A DNA stretch of 64,000 nt. Origin: Mobula hypostoma (Eukaryota). Below the pieces are notes generated by a model. It ran no database searches. It was not told the origin of the DNA and saw only the letters and a list, made by a program, of their open reading frames with translations. Shown here piece by piece: positions 1-13,175 of this stretch (its first letter is position 1; every line of letters begins with the position of its first letter). The position numbers were made by a program, and so were the translations under genes. The stretch lies in the NCBI RefSeq assembly GCF_963921235.1, contig NC_086108.1, forward strand, positions 111,478,001-111,542,000, written 5' to 3'.

Positions 1-329
1 CAATCAGCATGAAAATGATGGCCTTCATGTTGGCTACTGAGTGGGACACAGGAGACCCAAGCACCAATGAATGAAATTTCAGCACTTCATGATTATGTAG
101 ATCTGTTGTTTGATTGGCTTCAGAGAGATTTCAAAGTCGAGTTCTCTTTGCAATGTAGTTGAGCCGATCATGGGCACGGGTCATAATGACCCGAACCGAC
201 TGAAAACAAAGTTTGTTCTTCTAATTTGGCTCATGTTTTGTTTAAACAGCTTCGATCGAATAAGATTTGGGCTGTCCCCAGCAGATCTTCAGGTTCCGTT
301 GATTGATGACTGTTTGTCCCATTGTCCCA

Positions 330-945
330 CTCCCACCCAGGAGGGGGCTACGAAGCATCCACACAGGACCACCAGACTCAAAAACAGTTACTTTCCCCAA
401 GCAGTGAGGCTGATCAACACCTCCACCCACTAACCCACCCCTCCACACCCCCAACCACCACTACTTCATTATTTCTTATGTGCAGACAGCTCTGTGCCCA
501 GCGTCACTTTATGAACATACAATCAATTCCATGTATCTATAGTAAGCTATCTTATGCATTATTATTATTTTATGCAACATACATCAAAGTTGCTGGTGAA
601 CGCAGCAGGCCAGGCAGCATCTATAGGAAGAGGCGCAGTCGACGTTTCAGGCCGAGACCCTTCGTCAGGGCAGCCCTGACGAAGGGTCTCGGCCTGAAAC
701 GTCGACTGCGCCTCTTCCTATAGATGCTGCCTGGCCTGCTGCGTTCACCAGCAACTTTGATGTATGTTGCTTGAATTTCCAGCATCTGCAGAATTCCTGT
801 TGTTTGCATTATTATTTTATGTTTATTTTTATTATTATTGTGTTCTTTATCTCATTGAGTTTTTTCTGTGCTGTGTCAGATCCAGAGTAACAATTATTTT
901 ACTCTCCTTTGTACCATGTACTGGAAATGACACTAAACAATCTTG
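330..945 (+). mobile_element. Rex1-like non-LTR retrotransposon 3' fragment (host of the fold-back insertion)
   Basis: Encodes HRTTRLKNSYFPQAVRLIN, resembling the C-terminus of the RT ORF at 56198..57040 (RTARFGNSFFPTVIRL), followed by a 3' UTR-like tail. Confidence 0.55.
574..807. mobile_element. Short fold-back Penelope-like terminal-repeat insertion (98 bp palindromic arms plus one-sided tail) with a hammerhead motif on each strand
   Basis: 574-671 is the reverse complement of 673-770 with a 1 nt spacer. Extra tail 771-807. TSD attattattttatg at 561-574 and 808-821. Same sequence as the ends of the RT/GIY-YIG element at 24324-28532. Confidence 0.9.
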
Positions 946-3344
946 AAATGATGCATTTCACTGTATGTCAGAATCAGGTTTATTATCACTGGCATGTGTC
1001 ATGAAATTTGGTAACTTAATGTATCAATATTTGTGTTACAAATAAAACTAATCTTTTATCTTTTACCTTTAAATATAAGCTGATCAGAAATATACTAGCA
1101 AAGGTTTTCAAAAGCTAATCTACATCCAACCACTTATCACTAACATGGCGACTTTGGAGTATCACACGTCAAAGTTGCTGGTGAATGCAGTAAGTTATCC
1201 ATATGGATTTTCTAAACATTTGTTGAAGTCTCACACAAGTGCTGATTAAGAGAAATTGAAAAGGAATTGGAATTGGTTTATTGTTCAAAGTTCAAAGTCA
1301 ATTTATTATCAAAGCACATATATGTCACCATATACAACCCTGAGATGCATTTTCTTGCAGGCATTCACAGTTAGTACAAAGAAACATGATGGAATCAATG
1401 AAAGACTGCATCCAGCAGGACAGACAAATAACCAAAGTGTGAAAGACAACGAACTGTGCAAATACAAAAAGATTTTTTTTAAATCAAAACAAGAAAAATA
1501 AATAAATAAGCAATAAATCTTGAGAACATGAGATGAAGAGTTGTTGAAAGTGAGTCTATAGATTGTGGGAACAGTTCAGCGTTGGGGCAAATGAAGATGA
1601 GTGAGGTTAGCCCCTCTGGTTCAGTATCCTGATGGTTGAGGGGTAATAACTGTTCCTGAACCTGGTGGTGTGGGTCCTGAGGCTCCTGTACCTTCCTCCT
1701 GATGGCAGCAGTGAGAGGCGAGCCTGGCCTGGCTGGTGGGAGTCCTTGCTGATGGATGCTATTTTCCAGTGACAGCACTCCATGTAGATGTGCTAAATGG
1801 TGGGGTGGGCTTTACCCGTGATGGACTGGACTGCATCCACTACCTTTTGTTTTCAGATGTAGAGGGAGAAGCTTGTCTTGCACATTGTTTGTTTGTTACG
1901 TCTCCCCTCTCGGGAAGGGTGGGGGGGAGAAGAGACTGTGGTATGTCAAATTACTGGATGAACGAGTAGTCTTTGGGGTACTGTAAGTCTGTGTCTTTAT
2001 TGGTGCTTTGCTGCACGCTTGAGTGCTTGGTGGGGGCACCAATGCTATTTTGCTGGTGAGGGGTAGGGCAGATTCTTCCTGTTGCTTGTGCGTGGGAGGG
2101 GGGAGCTGGAGGGTTTGGGGTTCTAACATTTAACTGTCATTCATTCTTTGGGGCACTCCTCTGTTTTCATGGATGTTTGTAACGAAAAAGAATTTCAGGA
2201 TGTATATTGTATACATTCCTCTGACATTAAATGTACTTATTGTTCATTACAATATGCATTGATATAATTATACAATGCAAAATAAATTGTAACAGCTACA
2301 GAGGACATTCTGCGCAGGGTGACAATAAGGTGCAAGATCATAATGTACAGTCTGACCATTGCCTTATAAAGTCTCAGCATTACATCCTTGCTTTCATAGT
2401 CTAGTGTCATGAAATGAAGGCTACACTGCTTCAATTGTCTTATGATTGAATGCACAATTAGCCAGTCATGGTACTATAACCAGCAGCATTAGTCTAGGGA
2501 AGACAGTCTCTGGTCCCACCAAACATGTGTAACCTGAGGTGCAAAACCTCGTTTGTGTGGACGCTGTGTGATCTGTTCCCCCGTTACAAATCAGTACCAC
2601 GAAATAACAGATAGTATACCATATGCAATTAAATGATACAGCTTTATAATTCTTAATTTGACTAAAGCATTAGTAAAGTTAAACAAAAAGAAAAGGACCC
2701 ATTTTAATGAAATACTCTAACGTGGGCAAGTTAGAACTCATGGTTTCCGTTCCACTGGTACTCCATCAATTTCCCCAGGCTTCATTGACTCCTGGCCCCA
2801 CTCCAAGTCCACTCCTTTCTGGCATCTTCTCTCCCTGTCTTCCATTGAACAGAAGACCCAGATCACCTCGGTCTCAGGCACACAACAAGAAAAAAACACT
2901 CCCTTGTCAGTTTTTTTAGTCTTGGTCTGTCCTGTGTTTTGTGATATCACACCAGAGGAAATAATGTATCATTTCTTAATGCATGCATTACTAAATGACA
3001 ATAAAAGAGGACTGCACGTCTTCATTGGACAGCACACATTCCGAAGCCCCTGTTATCTCTAGCCATAACCCAAATGCTGCTGCTACAGAGAAACCATTAC
3101 ATTAGCAGTGAAATCTTTCCCACGGTGTTACAGTACTAGAGAAAGAAAGAACAAGGTATCTGAAGCTGGAGATGCAATATTGAGTCCTCTAGATTGCTAA
3201 GTGCCCAGGTGGAAGATACGGCGTTATTCTGCAGAATTGCATTGGGCCCCATTGTGACAGTGCAAACCATAGTCAGAGATCAGAGTAGGATTGAGACGGT
3301 GAACTAAGGTTGCAGGGAATGAGAAACTTTGGGCCACTCCTATA

Positions 3345-4420
3345 GACTGAAGCTTTACGGGGCATTGGTCAGACCATACTTGCAGTATTGTTAGCAGTTG
3401 CTTTGGGTCCCTTACGTAAAATGGATGAGCCAGCATTGGAGGGGTCTGGAGGATGTTTACCAGAATGGTCCCAAGAATGAAAGGGTTAATGTACGAAGAG
3501 TGTTTGATACTCTGGGCCTGTACACGCTGGACTTTGAATAATGGTGAATCCCACTGAAGCCTTTCAAATATTGAAAGACCAAGACAGAGTTGACATGGTG
3601 AAGATGTTTCCAATAGTGGGGGAGTCTAGGGCCAGAGGGCACAGCCTCGGAATAGAAACCTGTCCCTTTATAACTAGAATAAGAGGGAATCTCTTTAGCC
3701 AAAGGGTGGTAAAACTGTGGATTTTATTGTCATAGATGACTGCTCGCTCTCCTCCCCATTTGCCTCGATCTTTCAATCTACCTCAACACTTTAATCAGCG
3801 AGAAATGTCTCGTCTCTGACCTTCTCCCCATGGCAGCTCGTGCTCACATTTCTCTCCTGGAGTTTCCTCAGGGACAGCAGAGTGCTAAGCTCACTCGATC
3901 GAACATCAGACTGCAAGTTACGGACTCCAACAATTTCAAAAACAAAAGAAAGATAAAAAGAGTAAGTAGAAGACATGGAGGTGAGGTTTTAGTGTGAGGG
4001 AGTGATCGGGGGTGCTTGGGTTTTATGAGGTTCTTTTCTTTTTCTTTTCGTGCAAGGGGTGGGTGGGATAGATGTCAATCTTTCAGCTACCTATATGGTT
4101 TTCTGTATTCTATAGCTATCTGGAGAAGATACAAATTTCAGAGACGTATTCTGCATACATACTTTGATAATAAAATGAAACAAACCTGTGGAGGCCAAGT
4201 CTTTGGGTATGTTTAAAGCAGAGGTTTATAAGTTCTTGATTAATAAGGCATCAAAGGTTATGGGAGAAAGCACACAGAAAAATGAAGGGCTATGTAGAAG
4301 GGAAGGGTTAAAATGATCTTGGAGTAGGTTAAAGATCAGCACAGTGTTGTGGGCCGAAGGGCCTGTAATGTGCTGTAATTTTCTGCATTCTAAAGCAGGA
4401 AAATGGGATTGAGAGGGAAA
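3345..4420 (+). mobile_element. CR1 LINE 3' fragment with nested insertions (one at ~3743-4183)
   Basis: C-terminal CR1 motifs (MFPIVGESRARGHSL...NLFSQRVVKLW) are interrupted at ~3743 and resume at ~4186 (tgtggaggccaagtc). Confidence 0.65.
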
Positions 4421-4424
4421 ATAT

Positions 4425-4965
4425 ACTCAGTAGCTACTTTATTAGATACACCTGCTCATTAATGCAAATATCTAATCAGCCAATCATGTGGCAGCAACTC
4501 ACTGCATTGAAGTGTGCAAATATAGTCAAGAGGTTCAGTTGTTGTTCAGGCCAAACATCAGAATGGGGAAGAAAGTGACTTTGACTGTAGAATAATTATT
4601 GGTGCCAGACAGGGTGGTTTGAGTGACTCAGAAGCTGCTGACCTTCAGGGATTTTCATGCACAATTGGCTCCAGAGTTTACAGAGAATGGTATAAAAAAA
4701 ACGAAAAAACAACCAGTGAGCTGTTTAACCATAGGCAGTTCTGTGGACAAAAATGCCTTGTTAATAGGAGAGGTCAGAGGAGAATGGCCAGACTGCTTCA
4801 AGCTGACAGGAAGGCAAAAGTAACTCAATTAACCATACATTACAACAGTGGGGTGTAGAAGAGTATCTCTGAATGCACAACATGTTGAATCCTGAAGCAG
4901 ATGGGCTACAAGCCGAAGACCACAAACATACACTCAGTGGTGACTTTATTAGGTATAGGAGGTAC
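4425..4965 (+). mobile_element. Tc1/mariner-family non-autonomous element with N-terminal transposase remnant
   Basis: Terminal motif (c)actcagt..actttattag, and decayed Tc1-type DNA-binding region (SRVYREW...FCGQKCLVNRRGQRRMARLLQADRKAKVTQLT). A related copy lies at 45938-46595. Confidence 0.7.
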
Positions 4966-5654
4966 CAATCAGCCATAATCAAATGGTGGGGCAGACTCAA
5001 TGGGCCAAATGACCTAATTTTGCTTGTATGTCTCATGGTCGCAATTACTCTTCAGAATAGTCACCCAATCTTCACTTAGCTTCTCCGATATGGAGGAAAC
5101 CACATTGGGAACACTGATCGCTAGATACAAGACTGGAAGAAGTGGAAGTGAACTCCTGCTTAAGGTGGAGAGATGTTTGGGTTCGATGATGGAAAGGGAA
5201 GAGGTAAAAGGACAAATGTTGCACCTCCTAAAGTGCTGTATGACTAAGACTAGTAGAACGAGATAGCAGAAAAGATGTTTGTCCTCCACCGGAGGGAATA
5301 CTCACCATTCGGGTGAGATGCTGAGTGCCTGGCTATGGATGCATTTAATCAGGTCACTAGCTGGACAATCCCTTTGGCCCACAAAGTCCATGTCAACCAC
5401 CAAGAACCTATTTACACTATATACACAAGAGATTCTGCAGATGCTGGAAATCCAGGGCAACACACACTCAACACTGGAGGAACTCAGCAAGTCAGGCAGC
5501 ATCTATGGAGGAGTATAAACAGTCAATTTTTCTTCACCAGGACTGGAGAAGGAGGGGGTAGAAGGCAGAATACAAAGGTGGAGGGTCGGGGGGGGAGGGA
5601 GGGAAGGACTTCTTCCACCTACAATACTGTGCAAAAGACTTGGACATATATAAG

Positions 5655-6705
5655 GCCATAAACATAGGAGCAGAATTAGGCCATCTGGCCCATCGAGTCT
5701 GCTCCGCCATTCAATCATGGCTGATCCTTTTTTTCTCCTCCTCCTCAACCCCAATTCCCGGCCTTCTCCCCGTACCATTAATGGCATGTCCAAGCAAGAA
5801 CCTAACAATCTGGCCTCCACTGCTACACGTGGCAATAAATTCCACAAATTCACCACGCTTTGGCTAAAGAAATTACTCTGCATCTCTGCTTTGAAAGGGC
5901 TCCCCTCTATCCTGAGGCTGTGCCCTCTTGTCCTAGACTCTCCCATCATGGGAAACATCCTTTCCGCATCTACTATCTCGGCCTTTCAACATTCAAAAGC
6001 TTTCAACGAGATCCCTCCTCATCCTTCTGAATTCCAGCGAGTATAGACACACAGCCAACAAAAGTTCCTCGTATGATAACCCTTTCATTCCTGGAATCAT
6101 CCTTGTGAACCTCCTCTGAACCATCTCCAATGCCAGCACATCTTTTCTGGGATGAGAGGCCCAAAACTGTTCACAATACTCAAGATAAGGCCTCACCATT
6201 GCCTTATGAATCCTCAGCATCACATCCCTGCTCTTGTATTCTAGACCTCTTGAAATCAATGCTGGTATGGCATTTGCCTTCCTCACTACGAACTCAACCT
6301 GCAAGTTAACCTTCAGGGTGTTCTGAAGAAGGTTCCCCAAGTCCCTTTGCATCTCAGATTTTTGGATCTTCTCTCCATTTAGAAAATCATCCACACATTT
6401 ATTTCTACTGCCAAAATGCATGACCATGCATTTTCCAACATTGTATTTCACTTGCCACCCTCTTCCTTATTCTCCTAATCTGTCTAAGCCCTTCTTCATC
6501 CTACCTGTTTTCTCAACATGACCTGCCCCTCCACCAATCTTTGTATCATCTGCAAACTTGGCAACAAAGCCATCTATTCCATCATCTAAATAAGGCCTTC
6601 TGTAAGTCCAAATATACAACATCCACTGCATCCCCTTTATTTATCTTACTTATAATCTCCTCAAAGAATTCCAACAGGTTCGTCAGGCAGGATTTTCCCT
6701 GAAGG
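5655..6705 (-). mobile_element. CR1 LINE 3' fragment (RT C-terminal region)
   Basis: ORFs 5993..6451, 5503..5958 and 6582..6800 carry CR1 motifs (KCMVMHFG, RPYLEYCEQFW, QRRFTRMIPG, RGHSL..FFSQSVVNLWN). Confidence 0.85.
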
Positions 6706-8887
6706 ATGAGACATGTGGTAGAGAAGGTGAAGGGGCAGGGGGTGGCAGGGATGTAGACACACCCAGCCCTGAGACAATGGGCAGGCGCATTCGATTCCAA
6801 ACAATTGGCTTATTGATCATTACAGAATGTCTCTCTGGTGCTTCCCAATCTCTGCCCTCTCCCTTCCTGTTTTCCCAATCATGACTCCACCTTCAAACTC
6901 AATCCACAATAGAGACCCATTTCAGAATCAGGTTTATCATGACTCTTGTATGTTATGAAATTTGTTTTTTTTTTTGCGGCAGTGGTACAGAGCAATACAT
7001 AAAATTACTTCAGTACTGTGCCAAGGTCTTGGGCACTGTAGATAAACATGCACCTATGACTTTTGTACAGTACTCATCACCTCCCAGCTTCTCACTTCAA
7101 CCCGAATTCCCAACCACCCACCTTCCCCTCACCTGGTCTCACCTATCACCTTCTACCTCCCTCTCCCCCCACTTCCTATTCTGGCTTCTTCCCTTTCCTG
7201 TTGAAGCTTCTTGACCGAAAACATTGACTCTTTATTCCCTTCTGTGCCCAATGGGAGATGGGAGAAGAGAAAATGCCCAGGGTGGTTGGGACCTTTGATT
7301 ATGTTACCTGCTTTAGTTTAAGTGTGAACAGAGTCCACAGAGAAACAACTGATTTCCATAATGTGCTCACAGTTCTCTGCAGTTCCTTGTGGTCTCAGGC
7401 AGAGCAGTTGCCGTACCGAGCTGTGATGCATCCAGATAGGATGCTTTCTGTGGTGCATCAATAAAAATTGGTCAGAGTCAAAGGAGAAATGATACATTTC
7501 TTCAGCCTCCTGAGGAAGTAGGGCTGCTGGTGACATTTCAGTGTGGTGAACCAGGATTCCGAAGAACTTGAAGCTCTCAACCTCAACTCCATTGATATAG
7601 AAAGGAGCATGTGCACTGCCCTCTTTCTGCAGTAGATGACCCAGAATGCCTTTCTATCTCAGGTGATATTAGATTGCCACACTGTGGAGAAAATGCTTTT
7701 CAAAGTTATTGCAAATGTAAAAGGAAAATTTGCCCATCGAACATGGTACATACACCCAGGGCATTTGGCCCATGATTTGTGCTGGCCAGCTTAGATTGCA
7801 TACTTACCCATGCATAGATTCATATCCATAGAGTACGAGCCAATAGGCTGGTCCTGGACTTATTTCGCAATTTACTGGCATAATTTACGTATTACTATTT
7901 AACTATTTATGGTTCTATTACTATTTATTATTTATGGAGCAACTGTAACGAAAACCAATTTCCCCCGGGATTAATAAAGTATGACTATGACTATGAAAAC
8001 AGGCCTTTCAGCCCAACTGGTCAAAGCTGACTGTGTTGCCCAGTGAGGTGCAAAAACTATAATAAAACCTAAAAAGCGGCCAGAAATTACACCAGGCTGA
8101 TCAGTTTACCCAGACAGATTATGAGATGTTGCTTCTCCAAGCTGAGTACGGCTTCATTGTGACAGTCGAGAGAGCCATGGACAGACATATCAGAATGGGA
8201 AGTTGAAATGGGCGGGCACCTGGAAATCAAGCCGTTTTTCTGGCTTCTGCCCCCTTCCTTTCCTGTCCTGATGAAGGGTCTTAGCCTGAAAAATCAATTC
8301 CCCTTCACAAATGCCGTCTGGCATTTTGTGTATATCACTCAAGTTTTCCAGCAACTGCAGAATCTTCTGTTTAACTTTAACCTGTGCTGTATCCCTGGAA
8401 AAAAAAAGAGAGAAAAAAAAAACAGGAATAAACTAGGTGCTTTCTGGCTGGCATGCTTCTGTTAACGGCAGGTCATAGGAAGAAAACTAGTCCAATCTTA
8501 ATTACAAACAGTGCAAATGAGATTGTGAAGGGACAGTCCTGATAAAGGGTCTCAGCCTGAAATATTTATTCTTTATTGACCTCCACAGACACAGTCTGGC
8601 CTGCTGAGGTATGTGTATATATCTCTGTCTGTCTGTGTGTGTCTCTCTCCTTCTTTCTCTCTCTCCCTGTCTGTGTCTGTGCACCTCCCTCTCTCTCTGG
8701 ATTTCCAGGATCTGCAGAATCACTTGTGTTTGATAAATTTACACTTGCTCCTCATAGCAATGGAAGCTTACTAGATTTAATCTCATCAATCTAGACTAGA
8801 GTAAGGGTCTGTTGAACTCTACTGTTCTTTGCATCTTAACAATTACCTGCTTAGTATGTTTCCTAGTGGTCACAGTATGTATATGCA

Positions 8888-10395
8888 AACACAAAATACT
8901 CTACAGATGCTGGGGTCAAAGCAACACTCACAACACGCTGGAGGAACTCATCAGGTTGGGCAGCATCCGTGGAAAAGATCGGTCGACGTTTCGGGCCGAA
9001 ACCCTTCATCAAGACTGTAGAGGGGGCAGAGGCCCTATAAAGAAGGTGGGGGGAGGGTGGGGAGGAGAAGGCTGGTAGGTTCCAGGTGAAAAACCAGTAA
9101 GGGGAAAGATAAAGGGGTGGGGGAAGGGAGGCAGGGAGGTGATAGGCAGGAAAAGTGAAGGAGGAATAGGGGAAAACACAATGGGTAGTAGAAGGAGGTG
9201 GAACCATGAGGGAGGTGATAGGCAGCTGGGGAGAGGGCAGAGTGACATAGGGATAGAGGAAGGGAGGGGGAGGGAATTACCGGAGGTTGGAGAAATCTAT
9301 GTTCATACCAAGGAGCTGGAGACTACCTAGACAGTATATGAGGTGTTGCTCCTCCAACCTGAGTTTAGCCTCATCATGGCCGTAGAGGAGGCCATGTATG
9401 GACATATCTGAATGGGAATGGGAGTGGGAAGCAGAGTTGAAGTGGGTGGCAACTGGGAGATCCTGTCTGTTGTGGCAGATGGAGCGGAGGTGCTCGACAA
9501 AGCGGTCCCCCAATCTGCATTGGGTTTCACCGATGTAGAGGAGGCCACACCGGGAGCACCGGATGCAATAGATGACCCCAACAGACTCACAAGTGAAGTG
9601 TTGCCTCTCCTGGAAGGACTGTTTGGGGTCCTGAATGGTGGCAAGAGAGGAGGTGTAAGGACAGGTGTAGTACTTACGCTTACAGGGATAAGTGCTGGGT
9701 GGGAGATCTGTGGGGAGGGACTGACCCCTGCGGAAAGCAGAGAGGGGTGGAGAGGGAAAGATGTCCAGTGCTCCTGGTGCGGCCTCCTCTACATCGGTGA
9801 AACCCGATGCAGATTGGGGGACCGCTTCGTCGAGCACCTCCACTCCATCCGCCGCAACAGACAGGATCTCCCGGTTGCCACTCACTTCATCTCTGCTTCC
9901 CACTCGGATATGTCCATACATGGTCTCCTCTACTGCCATGATGAGGCCAAACTCAGGTTGGAGGAGCAACACCTCATATACCGTCTAGGTAGTCTACAGC
10001 CCCTTGGTATGAACATAGAATTCTCCAACTTCTGGTAATTCCCTCCCCCTCCCTTCCCCTATCCCTATGTCACTCTGCCCCCTCCCCCAGCTGCCTATCA
10101 CCTCCCTCATGGTTCCACCTCCTTCTACTACCCATTGTGTTTTCCCCTATTCCTTCTTCACCTTTCCTGCCTAACACCTCCCTACCTCCCTTCCCCCACC
10201 CCTTTATCTTTCCCCTTACTGGTTTTTCACCTGGAACCTACCAGCCTTCTCCTTCCCACCCTCCCCCCACCTTCTTTATAGAGCCTCTGCCCCTTCCCTC
10301 TACAGTCCTGACGAAGGGTTCCGACCCGAAACGTCAACTGATCTTTTCCACGGATGCTGCCCGACCTGCTGAGTTCATCCAGCGTGTTGTGAGTG
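8888..10395. mobile_element. Fold-back Penelope-like element (two inverted GIY-YIG endonuclease plus terminal-repeat arms)
   Basis: Left arm (-) ~8888-9764 and right arm (+) ~9764-10395 both encode GIY-YIG motifs (VIYCIRCSRCGLLYIGET..RLGDRFVEHL). Hammerhead motifs near 8983-9016(-) and 10303-10340(+). TSD tgtatatgca at 8878-8887 and 10396-10405. Confidence 0.9.
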
Positions 10396-10416
10396 TGTAT
10401 ATGCAGTTGTTCAATA

Positions 10417-10432
10417 TGCCCCCTAGTGGTCA
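10417..10432 (-). promoter_or_regulatory. CTCF-motif match TGACCACTAGGGGGCA
   Basis: Close match to the vertebrate CTCF core CCAC(T/C)AG(G/A)GGGC. A degenerate tandem copy lies at ~8857-8872. Confidence 0.5.
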
Positions 10433-11009
10433 CAGTATGTAATGGTTGGTTAAGTCTCATCCGTGAATTGGAATGGGATGTTTCTCATCTGCAGAGCATA
10501 AAAAGAGATGTGGTGGCGCCCTCTTTCTTATTGCTTCTGCTACTACCCTCTGCTCCTGTCCCTGCCTGTTTTTTTTTAAATTTCCTTTGTTTTATTAACA
10601 CTTAATAACATGATCATGAAGCAACAAATTTTATACCTCTTAACTTCTGAAAGAAACTTGGATTACAAACATCGAAATCCAACAGGTCTATGATTGATTT
10701 AGCAACTGATCTAATTAAAAGACTACAAGGGGGGATTTGGTATGGAAGGGGACTTTGTTCTCTGTCTGTCTCAGTCATAGCTCGGTTGGCAGGTTCTGTG
10801 TTTGAAGGAAACAGTAAGCATTTATAAGTTACAACTGATGAGAATCAAAAAATATAACTGCAGATGCTGGAAATCTGAATTAAAAACAGGAACACTCACA
10901 GGTAGATCCTGTGGAAGGAGAAGCAGTGTGAAAATCAAGTTCAAGACCCATCATCAAACTCAAGAGATGGAGGAAGGGGCTGTTGGCTCACAAATGGAGA
11001 AAGCTTGGA

Positions 11010-13175
11010 GATAGTGCGAGAGGGAGGATAGGCAGGTGATAGAGAAGGGATGCGCACAGACTGATGGTTTGAGATGTGTCTATTTTATGCAAGGAGCATC
11101 ATGATCAAAGCAGATGAGCTTATGGCATGGATCAGCACTCGGAGCTATGATGTTGTGGCCATTACAGAGACTTGGATGGGCTCAGGGGCAAGAATGGTAC
11201 TTAGAGTGCCAGGCTTTAGATGTTTCAGAAAGAACAGGGAGGGAGGCAAAAAAGGTGGGGGCGTGGCACTGTCGATCAGAGATAGAGTCACGGCTGCAGA
11301 AAAGGAGGAAGCCATGGAGCGATTGTCTACAGAGTCTCTGTGGGTGGAAACTAGGAACAGGAATAACTCTTCTGGGTGTTTTTTTTATAGACCACCCAAT
11401 AGTAACAGGGGCATTGAGGAGCAGTTAGGGAGACAGATTCTGAAAAGGTGCAATAATAACAGGGATGTTGTGGTGGGAGATTTTAATTTCCCAAATATTG
11501 ATTAGCATCTCCCTAGAGTGAGGGGTTTAGATGGGGTGGAGTTTGTAGGTGTGTTCAGGAAGGTTTCCTGACACAATGTAAATAAGCCTACAAGGGGAGA
11601 GGCTGTACTTGATCTGGTATTGGGAAATGAACCTGGTCAGGTGTTAGGTCTCTCAGTGGGAGAGCATTTTGGAGATAGTGATCACAATTCTATCTCCTTT
11701 ACCATAGCTTTGGAGAGAGATAGGAACAGACAAGTTAGGAAAGTGTTTAACTGGAGTAAGGGGAAATATGAAGCTATCAGGCAGGAACTTGGAAGCATAA
11801 ATTGGGAACAGAGGTTCTCAGGGAAATGTATGGCAGAAATGTGGCAAATGTTCAGGGGATATTTGCATGGCGCTCTGCATAAGTATGTTCCAATGAGACA
11901 GGGAAAGAATGGTAGGGTACAGGAACCGTGGTGTACAAAGGCTGTTGTAAATCTAGTCAAGAAGAAAAGCTTACAAAAGGTTCATAAAATTAGTTAATGA
12001 TAGAGATCTGGAAGATTATAAGGCTAGCAGGAAGGAGCTTAAGAATGAAATTAGGAGAGCTAGAAGGAGCCATGAGAAGGCCTTGGCAAGCAGGATTAAG
12101 GAAACCCCCAAGGCATTCTACAAGTACGTGAAGAGCAAAAGGATAAGACGTGAGAGAATAGGACCAATCAAGTGTGATACTGGAAAAGTGTGTATGGAAC
12201 CAGAGGAAATAGCAGAGATACTTAATGAATACGTTGCTTCAGTATTCACTACAGAAAAGGATCTTGGCAATTGTAGGGATGACTCACAGCAGATTGAAAA
12301 GCTTGAGCATATAGACATCAAGAAAGAGGATGTGCTGGAGCTTCTGGAAAGCCTCAAGTTGGATAAGTCGTCAGGACTGGATGAGATGTACCCCAGGCTA
12401 ATGTGGGAGGTGAGGGAGGAGATTGTTGAGCCTCTGGCAATGATCTTTGCATCATCAATGGGACGGGAGAGGTTCCGGAGGATTGGAGGGTTGCAGATGT
12501 TGTTCCCTTATTCAAGAAAGGGAGTAGAAATGGCCCAGGAAAGTATAGACCAGTGAGTCTTACTTCAATGGTTGGTAAGTTGATGGAGAAGATCCTGAGA
12601 GGCAGGATTTATGAACATTTGGAGAGGCATATATAGGACCCTGGTCAGACCCCACAGTGAGTACTGCATTCAGTTCTGGTCACCTCACTACAGGAACGAT
12701 GTGGAAGCCATAGAAAGGGTGTGGAGGAGATTTACAAGGATGTTGCCTGGATTGGGGAGCATGCCTTATGAGAATAGGTTGCGTGAACTTGGCCTTTTTT
12801 CCTTGGAGCGACGGAGGATGAGAGGTGACCTGATAGAGGTGTATAAGATGATGACAGGCATTGATCGTGTGGATAGTCAAGAGGCTCTTTCCCAGGGCTG
12901 AGATGGCAAGCACGAGAGGGCACAGTTTTAAGTTGGTTGGAAGTAGGTACAGAGGAGATATTGGGGGGGTAAGCTGTTTTTTTATGTAAACGCAGAGAGT
13001 GGTGAGTGCGTGGACGGGCTGCTGGCATCGGTGGTGGAGGCAGATACAATAGGGTCTTTCAAGAGTCTCCTGGATAAGTACATAAAGGGCTATGGGTAAT
13101 TTTTAAAGTAAGTACACATTCGGCACAGCTTTGTGGGTAGAAGAGCCTCTATTGTGCTGCAGATTTTCTGTTTCT
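11010..13175 (+). mobile_element. CR1 LINE, ORF2 from the APE endonuclease to the 3' end, frameshifted, with internal RT-core deletion
   Basis: YDVVAITETW, GGGVAL, YRPPN, VVGDFNFP and SDHN endonuclease motifs. Closely similar to the copy at 29638-31940 but lacks ~730 nt at ~12630. Confidence 0.9.

Noticed and set aside
574..770. Repeated ~100 bp units as a CRISPR array or a miRNA precursor
   Set aside because: Eukaryotic context with no spacer structure. The hairpin is perfect, TSD-flanked and identical to Penelope termini.
3743..3965. Open + strand frame ending at a perfect GTAAGT donor (..TDSNNFKNKRKIKR)
   Set aside because: It lies within an insertion that splits a CR1 fragment and ends in a repeat-type tail (gataataaaatgaaac), so it is more likely repeat sequence than an exon.
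9412..10038. 208 aa and 231 aa overlapping opposite-strand ORFs as novel genes
   Set aside because: They are chimeric read-throughs across the inversion junction of the Penelope fold-back.
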